A stretch of DNA of 64,000 nucleotides from Blasia pusilla (Eukaryota), in assembly GCA_050084515.1 (NCBI GenBank), contig CM114271.1, positions 13,888,001-13,952,000 on the forward strand. The letters are read 5' to 3'. The translations under genes were made by a program, and so were the position numbers. Below the pieces are notes generated by a model. That model did not search any database and was not told the DNA's origin. It saw only the letters and a list, made by a program, of their open reading frames with translations. This document shows positions 1 through 12,057 of the stretch, piece by piece. The number at the start of each line of letters is the position of its first letter. The stretch's first letter is position 1.

Positions 1-1519
1 ATGTAGAGACCTCGAATGGATACCATGGATGTGTTTAAGGACAAGTAAACATATGATATTAGAGATGGTGAAAATCAATTAAGAATGTACTACCACACAC
101 AACGATTGGAAGGGGGAGAGATCAATGGAAAGACCCAACCCATCACAAAAGAGAAATTTTGAATGCTAGACCCACCTTACAAGCTTCACCAACAAAATCT
201 CACATCCCAATCCATTTTGTAGGTATATAATCTCTCGGTGGAGTTTCCCATGTTAGTTTCAAGAATTACTTGTGCATATGATTTTTGAATGTGAATAGCA
301 TAAATACTATTAAATATGTGTTTTTTACTACCCTAAAAGTAGAATTTTTTTACCACATGCACAAAGTGTACACATAATCTGCGCTCTAAATAATGAGAGC
401 ATCTATACTATTCATCGAAAGTGCACATCCCATTAAGAGACAAAATTTTCAACACATTAACAAATTTATTTTGTCTCATCCTTGCATTTGAAAGGAAAGT
501 TAGGGAGAGAGAGAGGGCAAATAGTAGATCATTAAAACGGGTTGTCGACTACTCTAAATAATTAATTTGATTACGACTCCAAATAATTAATCCATGCATA
601 TCACATACTCTTAACAATAAGTATCAAAAACTCATTTCACTAGTGGATAATATGGGCACAATGTGTAAAAATTGTAACGTCTAGCCCATAATTTTCTATA
701 TTATTAATCCAAAGTGTGTATACCACTAATGAAAAAATTATCCATCCATTAGCAAATTTAGTTTCTCTCACCCTTGCATTTGAAAGGAAAGTTAGGTGGG
801 GGGCAACTAGTAGACAATTAAAAATGGGTTGTCCACTACCCCATAATTCAGCTACCACTCCAAGAACTACTTTGTGCATAGCATAAACCCCTAGCAATCA
901 AAAGCCATAACAATCTAAGGGCAAGCTTTGATTTCCCTTGAGGGTCAAGGAGAGTTAAGGCCCCTCATGTGTGGAGGCCCCTAATGGAAGCCGGATAGAA
1001 GCCTTGCGTTTAGGAGAGATAGGAATAGAGGACTCAAAAGTTGTGGACAGGTCACAGAACGGTTGGGATAAGCCATGGGAAGTAGTACATGTGCCAAAGC
1101 CGTAGATTTGTTACTTTCGGTTGTGTGGTTCAAACAGTGAGGTAGGAGGGCAAGGTATATGGTAAGCGAGAATCAAAGCAAGGTATGGGGTAGGCAAGGT
1201 GTATGGTAATCGCAATGTATGACGAAACATGAGGGTTTCGCAAGTCGCGAGTGAGGTTTTTGCGAGTGCAGATTGAGCAACGACTGAGCATTGAGGAAAG
1301 ATCAAGCATCAAGGCACGATCAAGTGCAATCAAAGAAGGCAAGATGGAGGGGGATTTGTCGTTTGTGGGTGAGACTTTTGCAAGTCATGAGGCTTCTACC
1401 TTTGCGGCTCAAAAGAGTAGTGATCAAGCTATATTTCAAAGGTGCGCCTGGACGATCAGCAGAGGCAAGGTGGAGGGGGGATTTACCAATATTTTAAGTG
1501 AGGAGCGGCGGTCACCCAA

Positions 1520-2700
1520 TGTCGTGCGCCTACTCTCCTCGAACGTCAATCTGAGTGTTGCGGAAGTGTATGTAAAGTAGGACACGCTTTCATCGCCAAC
1601 CTGCACCTAAACGCACTTCACGTTAGTCTGGCTTTGGGTCAAGCAGCCTTCCAATCCACCGAGTCCTCGACTCGGCACCTCATCCAGCTCAACCTTCCCT
1701 CATTCCTAGGTTCCCAACACAGGCAAGTCTTCCGAGACTTTGGACACAGTTTTTGGTTAGTCCAGCACCTAAATATAGGCAGACGTCATTTTAGGTGCTG
1801 GACTAACCAAAAATTGTGTCCGCCCGCCTAGCGGTCCAAATTGTCCAACGGACCTTGCATGAGTCCCCAACCAAAACTCAAAATTATAAGTCGCGAGTTG
1901 GAATCCAATAGGGACCTCCGAAATCCACTCTGTTGGACTTGGTTCGGGTTTCGAATCCCAATGCCAAACTCCCAATCCGTTCCGTGCCCTTGAGTCGCAC
2001 CGTGGCGCCCAAAGTTGGGTTCCAATCCCAAGCACCCTTGGATACCTTCTCCCCTTACTAGTACTTCTAGGGATTTCCAGGGTCCCCCTACCTTTGGGAA
2101 GGAGCACACGGGCCCCTCTTTTTGGCCCTCAACCCAACTCCCCGTAAATTTGATTATGGCCCATATCTCGGCTTTTGCTTAAGCGTTTTCCAAGATTTTT
2201 AGTACGTTGGAACTGGCTCTGCATAAGCTTTCCAAAGCTGCCTTATTTGTCCCAAAAACATCTTAAGACTAAAATTTATGGTCATAATTACAGTTGAAAA
2301 CTCCAAACGCTAGCAGCGTTCCAAGTCCAGTTCTCACCCCTTGGCCATGTCTCCTTTGGAGACTCGACTTTGCTTAAGTATGGGTTCCGCGTTTGGTTTC
2401 GGTTTCTTAGTTGCGACCATAAATGCATGAAACTCTTGCCGCGCTTGCGTCTTGCACATGTGTTTCTCTAACTCAAAAGCGCAAAGCATCCCAGCCTGAG
2501 CTCGCTAGAGTTCGGATGTTCTGCTTGGTGCTCGTTTGGTTATGAGGGCCGCGACACCCAAGGTAGAGGAGCGACCATGTGGAGCATTGCTCGAGAAGTG
2601 AAAGATTCATGGTGGAAGGCGAGTTGTAAACCTCTGAACCTCAAACACGCCAACACTAGAACGAGAAGTACCCTAACAAACTCTACTTATTTAGAATTTA
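1520..2700 (-). mobile_element. Non-coding terminal (LTR-like) region of a Gypsy-type element, homologous to 51600-52131
   Basis: Reverse complement aligns in blocks with 51600-52131 (GCGGCCCTCATAAC, AACAGAGTGGA, AAGACTTGCCTGTGTTG, GGAAGGTTGAGCT, GGAGAGTAGGC). Both end in ACGACA at the same point. Inner boundary is approximate. Confidence 0.6.
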
Positions 2701-3788
2701 AGACTTGTTGTCTTTGGTTCTCCTATTTGCTTCTAGATAGGAGTTAGAAGAACTCTAATTTTGGTGCAGTCTCGACCCTACTGTCACTCTCACGAAATGC
2801 ATATGAAGAGGGGCGGGTAGTTTGGGCCTACTTTGGACCCCTAAGGAGTCATTATTTCTTAGTTAATACTAGCTAATGTAACTATGACTTACAGATGGGA
2901 GGATGGTTGGCAGTTTGGTATCCCCCTCCGATCAAACGCTTCCTAATATGGTTGGCACGTCTATGTGGTGAAGGTTTTCATGCCACAAGGTAAATAGGAA
3001 ATACAAATGGGGTCTTTGCAATCATAATCAATTGTAAAGCTGAGTTGAAACCCTCCAACTCGCCCACACTAATAGTATACTTATCTAGACTTTAGGTTCA
3101 AACCTGATCAATTAATTTCTTTACTTATCACTTTATGACAGACAAAAAAAGTGCCGCCATTATGAATTCTAAGTATTTGGCATTCTAGATCCAATTTCAT
3201 CCTTCTTCTAGAAACATTCATATTTCACGAATCTTCATAGCAAAACGCCATCAATGTAGGATTGCAAGACATACTAGTAGAGATTAGACACAACAAATTG
3301 ATATAACAAATGTAATAGGGATGGCAAAACATTTTTATTCTTGCACTTAGTCTAATGATTATGCCTTAAACAAGACTTTGTGATCTTAGAGAGGTCTCAT
3401 TAAGATTAGATATTACAATGTAAACGTAATACATGCAGAAAAATTTCCAAGTAGAATATGGATACATCCTCTTGGTGGTATAATGTGACCATCTTGGGAC
3501 GAAAAAGAATCAGATTATCTACTCCCTAGCACCTTGAGAGGTATTCAGATGCATAAGTTTATAATTGTTATGATTGATGCAGAGGTAAAATTAGATGCAT
3601 AAGTTTATAATTGTTATGATTGATTAGTCTGCAATGGTCAAAGTACACTATCAATAGATTCCTGACGTATCTTTGTATGTATATCCGTGTCTTTAATCTC
3701 TCATTTTTTAATGGAAAATGGGATAGCGTGTTGTGGATGGAGGTGATATGGTTGTTGTTAGGACACCGTTGAGCTTTTTGGTGTAATG

Positions 3789-6700
3789 TGTCGTGCGCAT
3801 ACACATCGCTACACAACCCACATCGTTGGTCACATCTACACACCACACAACACCGATCTTCCCCAACATACGGGTAGATCCACACATAAAACAAATACCC
3901 TCACACATATACATCGAGGCCCCACAACCACCCCCTTAGCTGGCACTTGGGTCCCCCTAACTCTAGATAGTAAATGCCTGTGTGCCCGACATGATCTCTT
4001 ATCCTATACACATCTAGCACCATCAGTGCCGTCATCCCCATAACATTGCCACACTACAACATCACAGCAACCCGCCGTACTGATCCCTCCAAAGATATCT
4101 AACACTCTTGTACCCTACTCCAAACATAGGCACGGCTACTCGCCTACCTCAAGAGCTCGTCTGCACTCTACGCATCTCACCGCTCGTCCCCAACAACGAT
4201 AAAGAAGCTCCGCACCATTGGAAGAGACACAAACCGTGGCATGTCTCTCTGTGGGACTATCCGCTACAGGAATGTCCTTCGCATGTATGCTCCTCTTCCC
4301 GAATCCTCTTGATCAACTAACACTACCTTTGAATGCTACCAACGTGGTTACCGTATCCTCACGTGGCCGACCACCACTACCCGTTGCAAACAACACCGGT
4401 AGATGGCTCACCCGTCCATCACCTTATCACCACCCTGGCCGATAAAAAACCATCTCCTCCCAAAAATCCAAGATGAAACCAAGGGGGTACAACATCGTAC
4501 TCCCTACCAACACATCATACGACTCCGCCGGTGTCCTAATCTCCCGAGTGCGCACCATCGCACTATCCGACTCATGCTCTGGCTGGAGTCTAACCACCAA
4601 CTCCCATCGAGTCATGTACTGCGTGGGTGATACGCCCCCAATAGAGGTCTGTATCTGAAAGGGACAATGCTCAATGTCGCATTTCTGTAAACCCAACGCC
4701 AAACACGACTCCTTCCCTAACATCAAGGGTTGCGCTCCCGAATCAAGTAGGACGCGTTGCGGGTGGTACACCCTACCTGTGGGACTAACCAAGCAAAACA
4801 CTCTTGCTCGATTATCCAACAACACCGCACCTACTCTATGGCCACACGAGCTGGCATATCTACCAACTTCACCGCCGCCGCATGCCATGATCCAGTGGGG
4901 GACATCCCGAGCACCTACTCCAAGGGCAAGTCCACCACCTCCTCAACTACCTTTGAATGAGAGGCAGTCATCTCTCCACGCTCACACAATGTGACGGCCA
5001 GCCGGAACACCTCCACTGGTCCAACTCCCAACATCACCAACTCCATGGCGGAAAACAACAAAGTCTGGCTTACCCTAGCTAGTGGCCACCTCCAACAACA
5101 TGGTCGACACAAGCTCCACCCAAGCTGGCATAGGCATTGTCTTTCCAACTCCTCGTGACGTCGATGCACCTACCTCACGTGTGAGCACTACTGGTTGTCG
5201 AGGCACCATTGACAATGTATGAAGTGCCTCCAACAACGTGAATGACCGGGGAACCCTGGCCTACCGCCCATCGGTCCCCTCCTGTGGATCAATCTCAACC
5301 CTACCTCTGGATGGCTCGGTTACTCTCGCAGCGACCCAAGTCACCACTTCAGTAGCCTCAACCTGAGCCGCACTACACATAAATCCCATCCCCGTAGAAT
5401 CCTCACTAGCATCATGGTAAGATGTGGAGGGTGGCGCCACACTAGCTCCTCTTACCTTCGGGCCTGCCTTTAGCTGCATCATCATCATGGCAGCAATCCT
5501 TTGCTCCAACTGATCGATGCGCGTAAGGAGCGCTGCATGTGCCCATCCTCCATCTCCTGTGACTAGTGATGGCACTCTACCACCACGATCATCCACTACT
5601 CAATCTCCACCAACTCTCTCGCCCCCAAGTCCTCTGCCTACCTCTGGGCATATCTCCTGGCGAAGATCAAAACACCTATCCATAGTGTGACCATATCGGT
5701 GACAATGATCACACTACAACTGTGGCTCATGAGCAATCGGAGGCGCCCTTGGCCCTCTACCATGTTGTGGGTAGTCCCTTTGCCTATGTGACCCACCACA
5801 CGTCCAACAAACCAACCCTGGTCATTGCTAGAAAACATATGTTGGTACGGGCCATTAAGTTGTCTCATCGACTCACGATACCCGTCCTGCTCTCTGGGCC
5901 CATTGGCCCCCTCCCGTGGTATGGGTGCATGTTGGGATGCCTATGGATCTACTCCTACTCGTCAACCTGTTGAATCCCACAAAAATCCCATGTCATCACA
6001 TGCTCCTCACTCATGTTGAGCTCTGCGCGCTCAGACAACTCGAAGACCACCTTCAACATGGGCTTCACCGTGTGAAGCAACATCGAATCCCAAACTCTCC
6101 TCCTTAGCTCCTCGTCCAGCATCCCGTACCAATATTGTACTGACTCTGCCTCTATCACCCCACATGTGGCAATGATCAGCCGTCGCATGCGCGTGAATGC
6201 CTCCCTCAGACTCTCACCGGATCTCCGCTGGAAATCTTGTAGACTCTTCTGCATCGGTCCGCACGCCCTAGTTGCTCCTCCCCAACTGTCAGAAGAACTC
6301 CACTATAGGACTGAAACTTGGTGGTCCTCTATGGCGAGAGGTCTTTGCCAGCTCACCACTCTCATTGCCATCCTCTCCATCTAGTCCTCGGGCTCATGGT
6401 GAAGGTACCTCCGCTCTCACTATCCCATCATATGCCTCGCGGCCACTAGTGGACACATACCTTGGAGCCCAAGACACCCTCTAGGAATCCATCTCTACAA
6501 AGTATAGAGATCAAAAATCCATGTAATCATCCATCGGCGGACCTTCCAAGAGCTGGAACAACCCCTTCCATGCCATAACAGGGTTGAACCTCGTAGGGGT
6601 CTGTATCTCTTGGAAGTTGCAGCACATGTCAAACTCTTGGATGAAGGCATCTAGATCCACACCTGAGAAATGACGCATGCCATGATGGCCCATGTCGTCC

Positions 6701-7600
6701 ATCTCTCTCCACGTAACACTGTCCCCATCCGCGATCTCGTCACCAGACTCGCTATCTAGCGATGACGATCCAACCATGGATGGGAGTTTGGGTGGTTCCT
6801 CACTCAAAACCCTTCGATACCTCACACCACTCTGTGTCACTCCACTACCACTACCCCGTTCTTCCAAACCCTAGAAGAACGTCGGGATGACAACCCTATC
6901 TCACCCACTCAAGCACTCATACTCACCGAGAGTCTCCCACACTCCTCACTAGCTCGCCTACGCTAATGCCAATCCCGTGATAACACACCTAGCCTCACGT
7001 ACACTCAACACTCGAGCTCACCCTAAGCCTCCCAACTAGCTTTCCTAGGCTACTGACACTCTTGGATCATACACATGATCCCTACTCGGCAACCGCCGTA
7101 TGTCCACCAACATGCTATATATGAAAGGAGTCTACACTTGTCACCATCGCTACACCCATCTGACACCAACAACTACCCGACACCCAGCACTCTCAATCAC
7201 ACAAGATAAGTGCGAGAAAAGGGACTCGAATGGGTAACCTGAACACACCCGACCTCAATCTACTCCACCATCAATACTCACTCCTCCCTGTGATACGGCA
7301 ACCTCCGCATCACAACACTCTCCTCGAACACACGTCAAACCTTCTTTCAGAAGATGTGAACCAGCTACCCATCGACATCAACACATGTGTCCCCATCACA
7401 ACCCTCGCACCCACAATCGATGAAGAACTAACGAGTCACCTCCAATTGACTCGTAAAAACTGCCAAACTCCCGTCGCAAATCCCACCATGCTCGCGAAAC
7501 ACCAAGTCTCCAGAACTCTCTCCCATTACGTAACTCAATCAACCACGTCCGACCCCCTCAACTTTTTAGCCTGAACCGACCACATCCGTCTTTGCTCTAC
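3789..7600 (-). mobile_element. Diverged, internally deleted DNMT-Gypsy copy (copy 1): gag, protease and MTase motif I only
   Basis: Starts with the family terminus TGTCGTGCGCATACACATCGCTACACAAC. Gag fragments (6511-6867, 5955-6254 QDFQRRSGESLREA) and protease (4427-4888 LLDSGAQPLMLG) match copies 2/3. VLDIFGGIST at 4076-4108 is followed by a jump to the 3' UTR. 5' end not found. Confidence 0.85.
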
Positions 7601-7809
7601 CACATCTACTCATGCCTCTACCACGTCGGTCTTTGTAACCACATACAAGGCATATCCCGTTCCCAGCCAACCATGTCCGTCCTTCTTACCACGTTGGTAA
7701 GGCGCCGACCATGGCGCTCCCAACCACATGGAGGGGGGGAAGGCCTGGCCCGTGGCCCTATGTGGGCCTCCCAACCCTTCAACCCAATCAACCTTGCATC
7801 TCAAGTGCA

Positions 7810-9850
7810 CCAACGTAACTGGATTGAAGCTTGCTGCTTGCAGCATTGCAGTTGGTGTTGTTCCTACATTGTAATCAATCCTTGCCTTCAAAGCAAGGAG
7901 ATGTTCATACATACACTTCATTTGTTGTAGAGTATAGTTTTGCAGAAGCTAGTTTGAGTCGCGATTGTCAATTACTGACATCAACTTATTCCACATTGTT
8001 TGAATAGCAAGCATAGATCCCAAAGGCTAGTTTTTAGAAGTCTACTCATTGACCTTGTCATTTGGAAATAAGTATTCAAGTTCTTTGATGTTGAGGTCAT
8101 AAGTTTGGGAGGTGGCCTCCTTGAGTACAAGAAAGACCTTTAAATCCTCCTACTCCTCTTCCAAATTTGATGCCAAGGATTAAAATAACATACTATCGAA
8201 TGAACTCCAAGGACACTCGCTCTAGATGTGCACAGACCACAACAAAAGGATTTTGTATGCCCCAAAGTGTACTTGAGCCTGCTATATGCTTGGTGGAGAA
8301 AAGTTTCCATGAAAGACTTGCACTTACCAACTCCACGGTTGTACATAACTCGACCAAGGTCTTGGTCCATATCAACCTTTGTTATGGGGCACTTCACTTG
8401 TTGATGAAGTTGCCTAAACCAGGTTTTCCTCATATGCCAAATATAGAGATGGATAAGAACCCCGATAAAGACTTTTTTTATGGCATAAAGTTCTTCCTTG
8501 GAATCATCCACAATAAAAGAAGATGGTCACCATGGTGGTGGAGGATCGCCTCCACTTACAAATATCATGGCTTGAGAATGATATTTTATGCTCTTAAGAA
8601 CCTTGAACAAGGTCTGCATGAGTATGGCATTGTAGATATGCCTACACCATAGGTAATCCATCGAGGAATGAATCAAAACCAAGCAGGGTGAACAATTGGT
8701 AGTGCGCCATGGAAACAACCACAAAGTAGATAGCACATCAGAGACTCCATCAAGCCAAGAGAGGATTTCTACAATTCCAATTTGCAATTCCACTTGAATT
8801 GTAAATTACAAGGGTTTGCACCTTGTAGATGAAATATACAAATAAGAAGTCAAATTAGAATGTATTCTCAAGCACAACCCAAAGTTGATGGTCCATGTTA
8901 TTTAACCATACAAAACTTACAATGTTACATTAAGGGGACAACAACCCACCTCATGCGTGTTGGTGCCATGTGTGTCATCCATGCTGACCTCCAAATGTGA
9001 CTTAGATTTTGTAGCATCCACAAGGTGAAAACTACTAGAGTGACCGGTTCTTAATTGAGGGGGTTGGAAGGTTTGTAGAAAATGACATGCTCATAATGCC
9101 TTTGAACCTACATCTGGACTACACTCGTGTCATCTATATCGTCATATCTTCCTTCCCGCCTCATGATGGCACTCTTGATGTTTAAAATAACTTGATGTGT
9201 GAGCATTGCATCTCTCCCTATGATATGTGATGCCTTAAACTTTTCTCTCATATTTCTCTAATAGACTTTGTGTGCATCCTCATGATGTGGTAAGGACTAA
9301 TATGGACGCAGAGCAAACACTCCACGAAGTCTAGACTTATGGAAATCACCTTCGGAGCAAGGTTTGCATTGGGAATTAAAGTTGCAGTGTCTAGATCATC
9401 GTGACAAATGCTACCAACTTTGTCAATGTGCTCGGGTCAATGTGTTGGTGTTGAAGGAACTAAATTAACATGCAACCAAGTATAGTATAGGGAGCTATAT
9501 CAACAAAGTGAAATTGGCAACCCCACCCTTGCGATAAACTAAGACGCCTAAGTTGGCTCTTAGGCAAGTTTCCTTTCTCCCCTTTCTTCCAAATGTTCTC
9601 CTCAAGTATCTAAGGGAATACTTCCTTCCACATTATCTTGCGCCCACCTTGTAGGCTATGTGCACATTATTAGTATATAGTAAATCCTAAAATATGCTTC
9701 AAGTCTCACTTGGTTTTATAGAATTCCATTTGGAAATTGTGCAAATGTTCCTTTCCTTATTAGAAGTTAGGGAATTCAGATATCTCTATCCAAGCCTTTT
9801 GTTTAGGTCCATATATGTTAAATAGTCTAACATTGGGGTTTTGGATAACA
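7810..9850 (-). pseudogene. Degraded MULE/Mutator-type transposase-like (SWIM family) remnant
   Basis: Minus-strand fragments IHLYIWHMRKTW (MULE CxWH-like motif, 8140-8511) and DKVGSICH...APKVIS (about 9330-9440). Many stops and frameshifts; boundaries approximate. Confidence 0.55.
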
Positions 9851-12057
9851 TGACAATTTAGAGTTGAATTGAATGTAATTAACTTTGACATGATAAATGA
9901 AATATTGAAAACTCATGGACTATGAAAATATAGAGTTTTAGACACACTGATTCCTTAGGACCAACTATCATGTGCTTATCTCATATTTCGGTCCTAGTGG
10001 ATGATTTCAAAACCTTGCACACGAGCCAAGAGGATGATAACATTCACATGCCAGAACCTGGCAGCACATGTAAAAGACTAGATAATCTTGCATTTAGTAC
10101 CATGTAAATCCATAAGGTGCTTGGTGCAAAGATAGTCACACACATCGATTACGATTAATTGGAAAACGGGAGAGCTAGAGTTTAACAATTTGTATCCAGT
10201 GCTATCACCAATATTCAAAGTAGAACTTTGTGCATTTTTAGATCAGAATAAGTCGCCACAAAACTATACATCCATAAGCCCATGAAATGAAATTACAGAT
10301 GCCTCTCATGAATAAGTTGTACTGTTGTGGTTACATTTCACTTGTGGAAAAAATGTGCACATTATGAAAAACTTGTGATTTACAGTCAAGGCCATTGACT
10401 ATAAAACAAGTGCAACCTCTTTCTACTTCTAAGGATCTCTTATTTAAGCAAATGCCCAAAACTTTTGGCCCAATGTCATGTCGACCTCGACTTGATTATG
10501 ACCATAAGTAGTTACTAGAGACCGGTGCGTTTTGTCACATTATCCATTGGTAGAGTGTTTCGGACGCAAAAATGAGGATTAGCGCGACATGTATGCCTCT
10601 TGTTGTGAGCGGTTTTTGTGGCTACATCTCTACGGTCTAAGAGCGAGTCCCATGGACGAGAGGTTGGATCAACGACCAAGGTTTGCAAATTTTTCTGCAC
10701 CCAAAAGTTTTGGGCATAAAAATTGTCGTGCATCCTATCATGACGACGCTAAATAACAAATATTAGAATATTGCATGTGCTATGCAATATTCTAGTATTT
10801 AACAAGTGATGAGCATCACTTGTTAAACCATCTATTATGCTTAAACCTGTTAAGTCACCTTGTTAAACATTACACTCGTTCGCTCAAGAGAAGGCCACAG
10901 CAAGGGATTCGCAAACCCCATTTTTTTTTATAATATAAATTCAACAATATTTACCAATAACCGATTTCTTTTCTTAGACTGCCCGTTGAAAAACTGATTT
11001 GGTCACATGAGTGACGCCGCCACACTCTGGCCGTCCATAGGACCCGGCTCTGAGACTGTAGGCATGTAGCCACACAAAGTGCTCCAACGACAACGTTGAC
11101 ACGTAAGCGAAACGAAGGGCAAAACGTTCCTCGTATCCAACCGTTCGTCCGAGGCGGCCCGTTCCGAACCCAGGGGGCGAACAAACGGAGACAGGGTACC
11201 GGCGCTCACAACCGCGATCCGACCTAACGGAACCGAGCGGTCTGTCCATCCATAGCCCTGTCAGACACACCGAGTCCCGACGGCGCGGCAATAGCCAGCC
11301 AACGGCTCTCTCTCGCGCTCGGTCCAACTTTAAACGGTCGTCTTCCCCCTCTGCCCCTCCGCTTCCTTTCCTTTCGGCTATCTCCCGCGCGAACTCCGAT
11401 CTGTGCGCTTTCAATTATCGAGGGGCGATTGATTCCTTCCTGCCATGTACGACCTAATCACGCTGTCATTCTCCACCCGCGTTTCCTGGGACGAACAATG
11501 TGTCTGCGTATCCAGCGCCCCAATCCTTTCTTGTCGGCAGCATTTGTCGAATTAGTGAGTTAGCCGATTGAGGTCACGCGGATTTAAACAAGCGCTCTTC
11601 CGCCCCTTTCGAATTGCTCATTGCTCACTGTGGGTCGCCGAATTTCTGCGCTCAGACGTACGAGGAAGCAGGAGGATCTCAGTGACATCGATTGGGACAG
11701 AGAAGAGGATAGATCGAAGCAGTGCTGCGCACTGATTTCGAAGTCCCGGAGTTGAGCAGAACTTCGGTCAGTTGAGTGCGTTGAAATTTCCGGACTTGAG
11801 CTTCACATTTGGAATCGCGTGGAGCGGCTTTGGAGGTACCGGAAATGGGCTTTGGAGCTCGACTGCTTCGTGGCTGTTGTTCTCAGACGACTTCGCGTTT
11901 TGACCCCTACTGATGGTGCAGCTGCCAAATCCACTCTGTGACGATCTAACTGGCTGCATCTGGATTTTGAAGTTTCTGGTCATCTTTATTTCGCGGAATT
12001 ATTCACTGCTCTAGCAAGGTTTAGTACAGTCTGGTGGTGGATTCGAAGGTGGCAGAG

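Noticed and set aside
240-890. Degenerate direct repeats with about 300-bp period
   Set aside because: AT-rich decayed duplication with no termini or coding signal to support a call.
3547-3624. 32-bp direct duplication
   Set aside because: Simple local duplication with no further structure.
9400-9410. CGTGACA|AATG as the missing left end and TSD of copy 1 (AATG also precedes 3789)
   Set aside because: No A-repeat similarity beyond 7 bp, and the MULE-like reading frame (DKVGSICHDD) runs straight through it. Treated as coincidence.
10951-11414. GC-rich minus-strand ORFs upstream of PS1
   Set aside because: No recognisable domain and non-ATG starts; more likely promoter or 5' UTR sequence.
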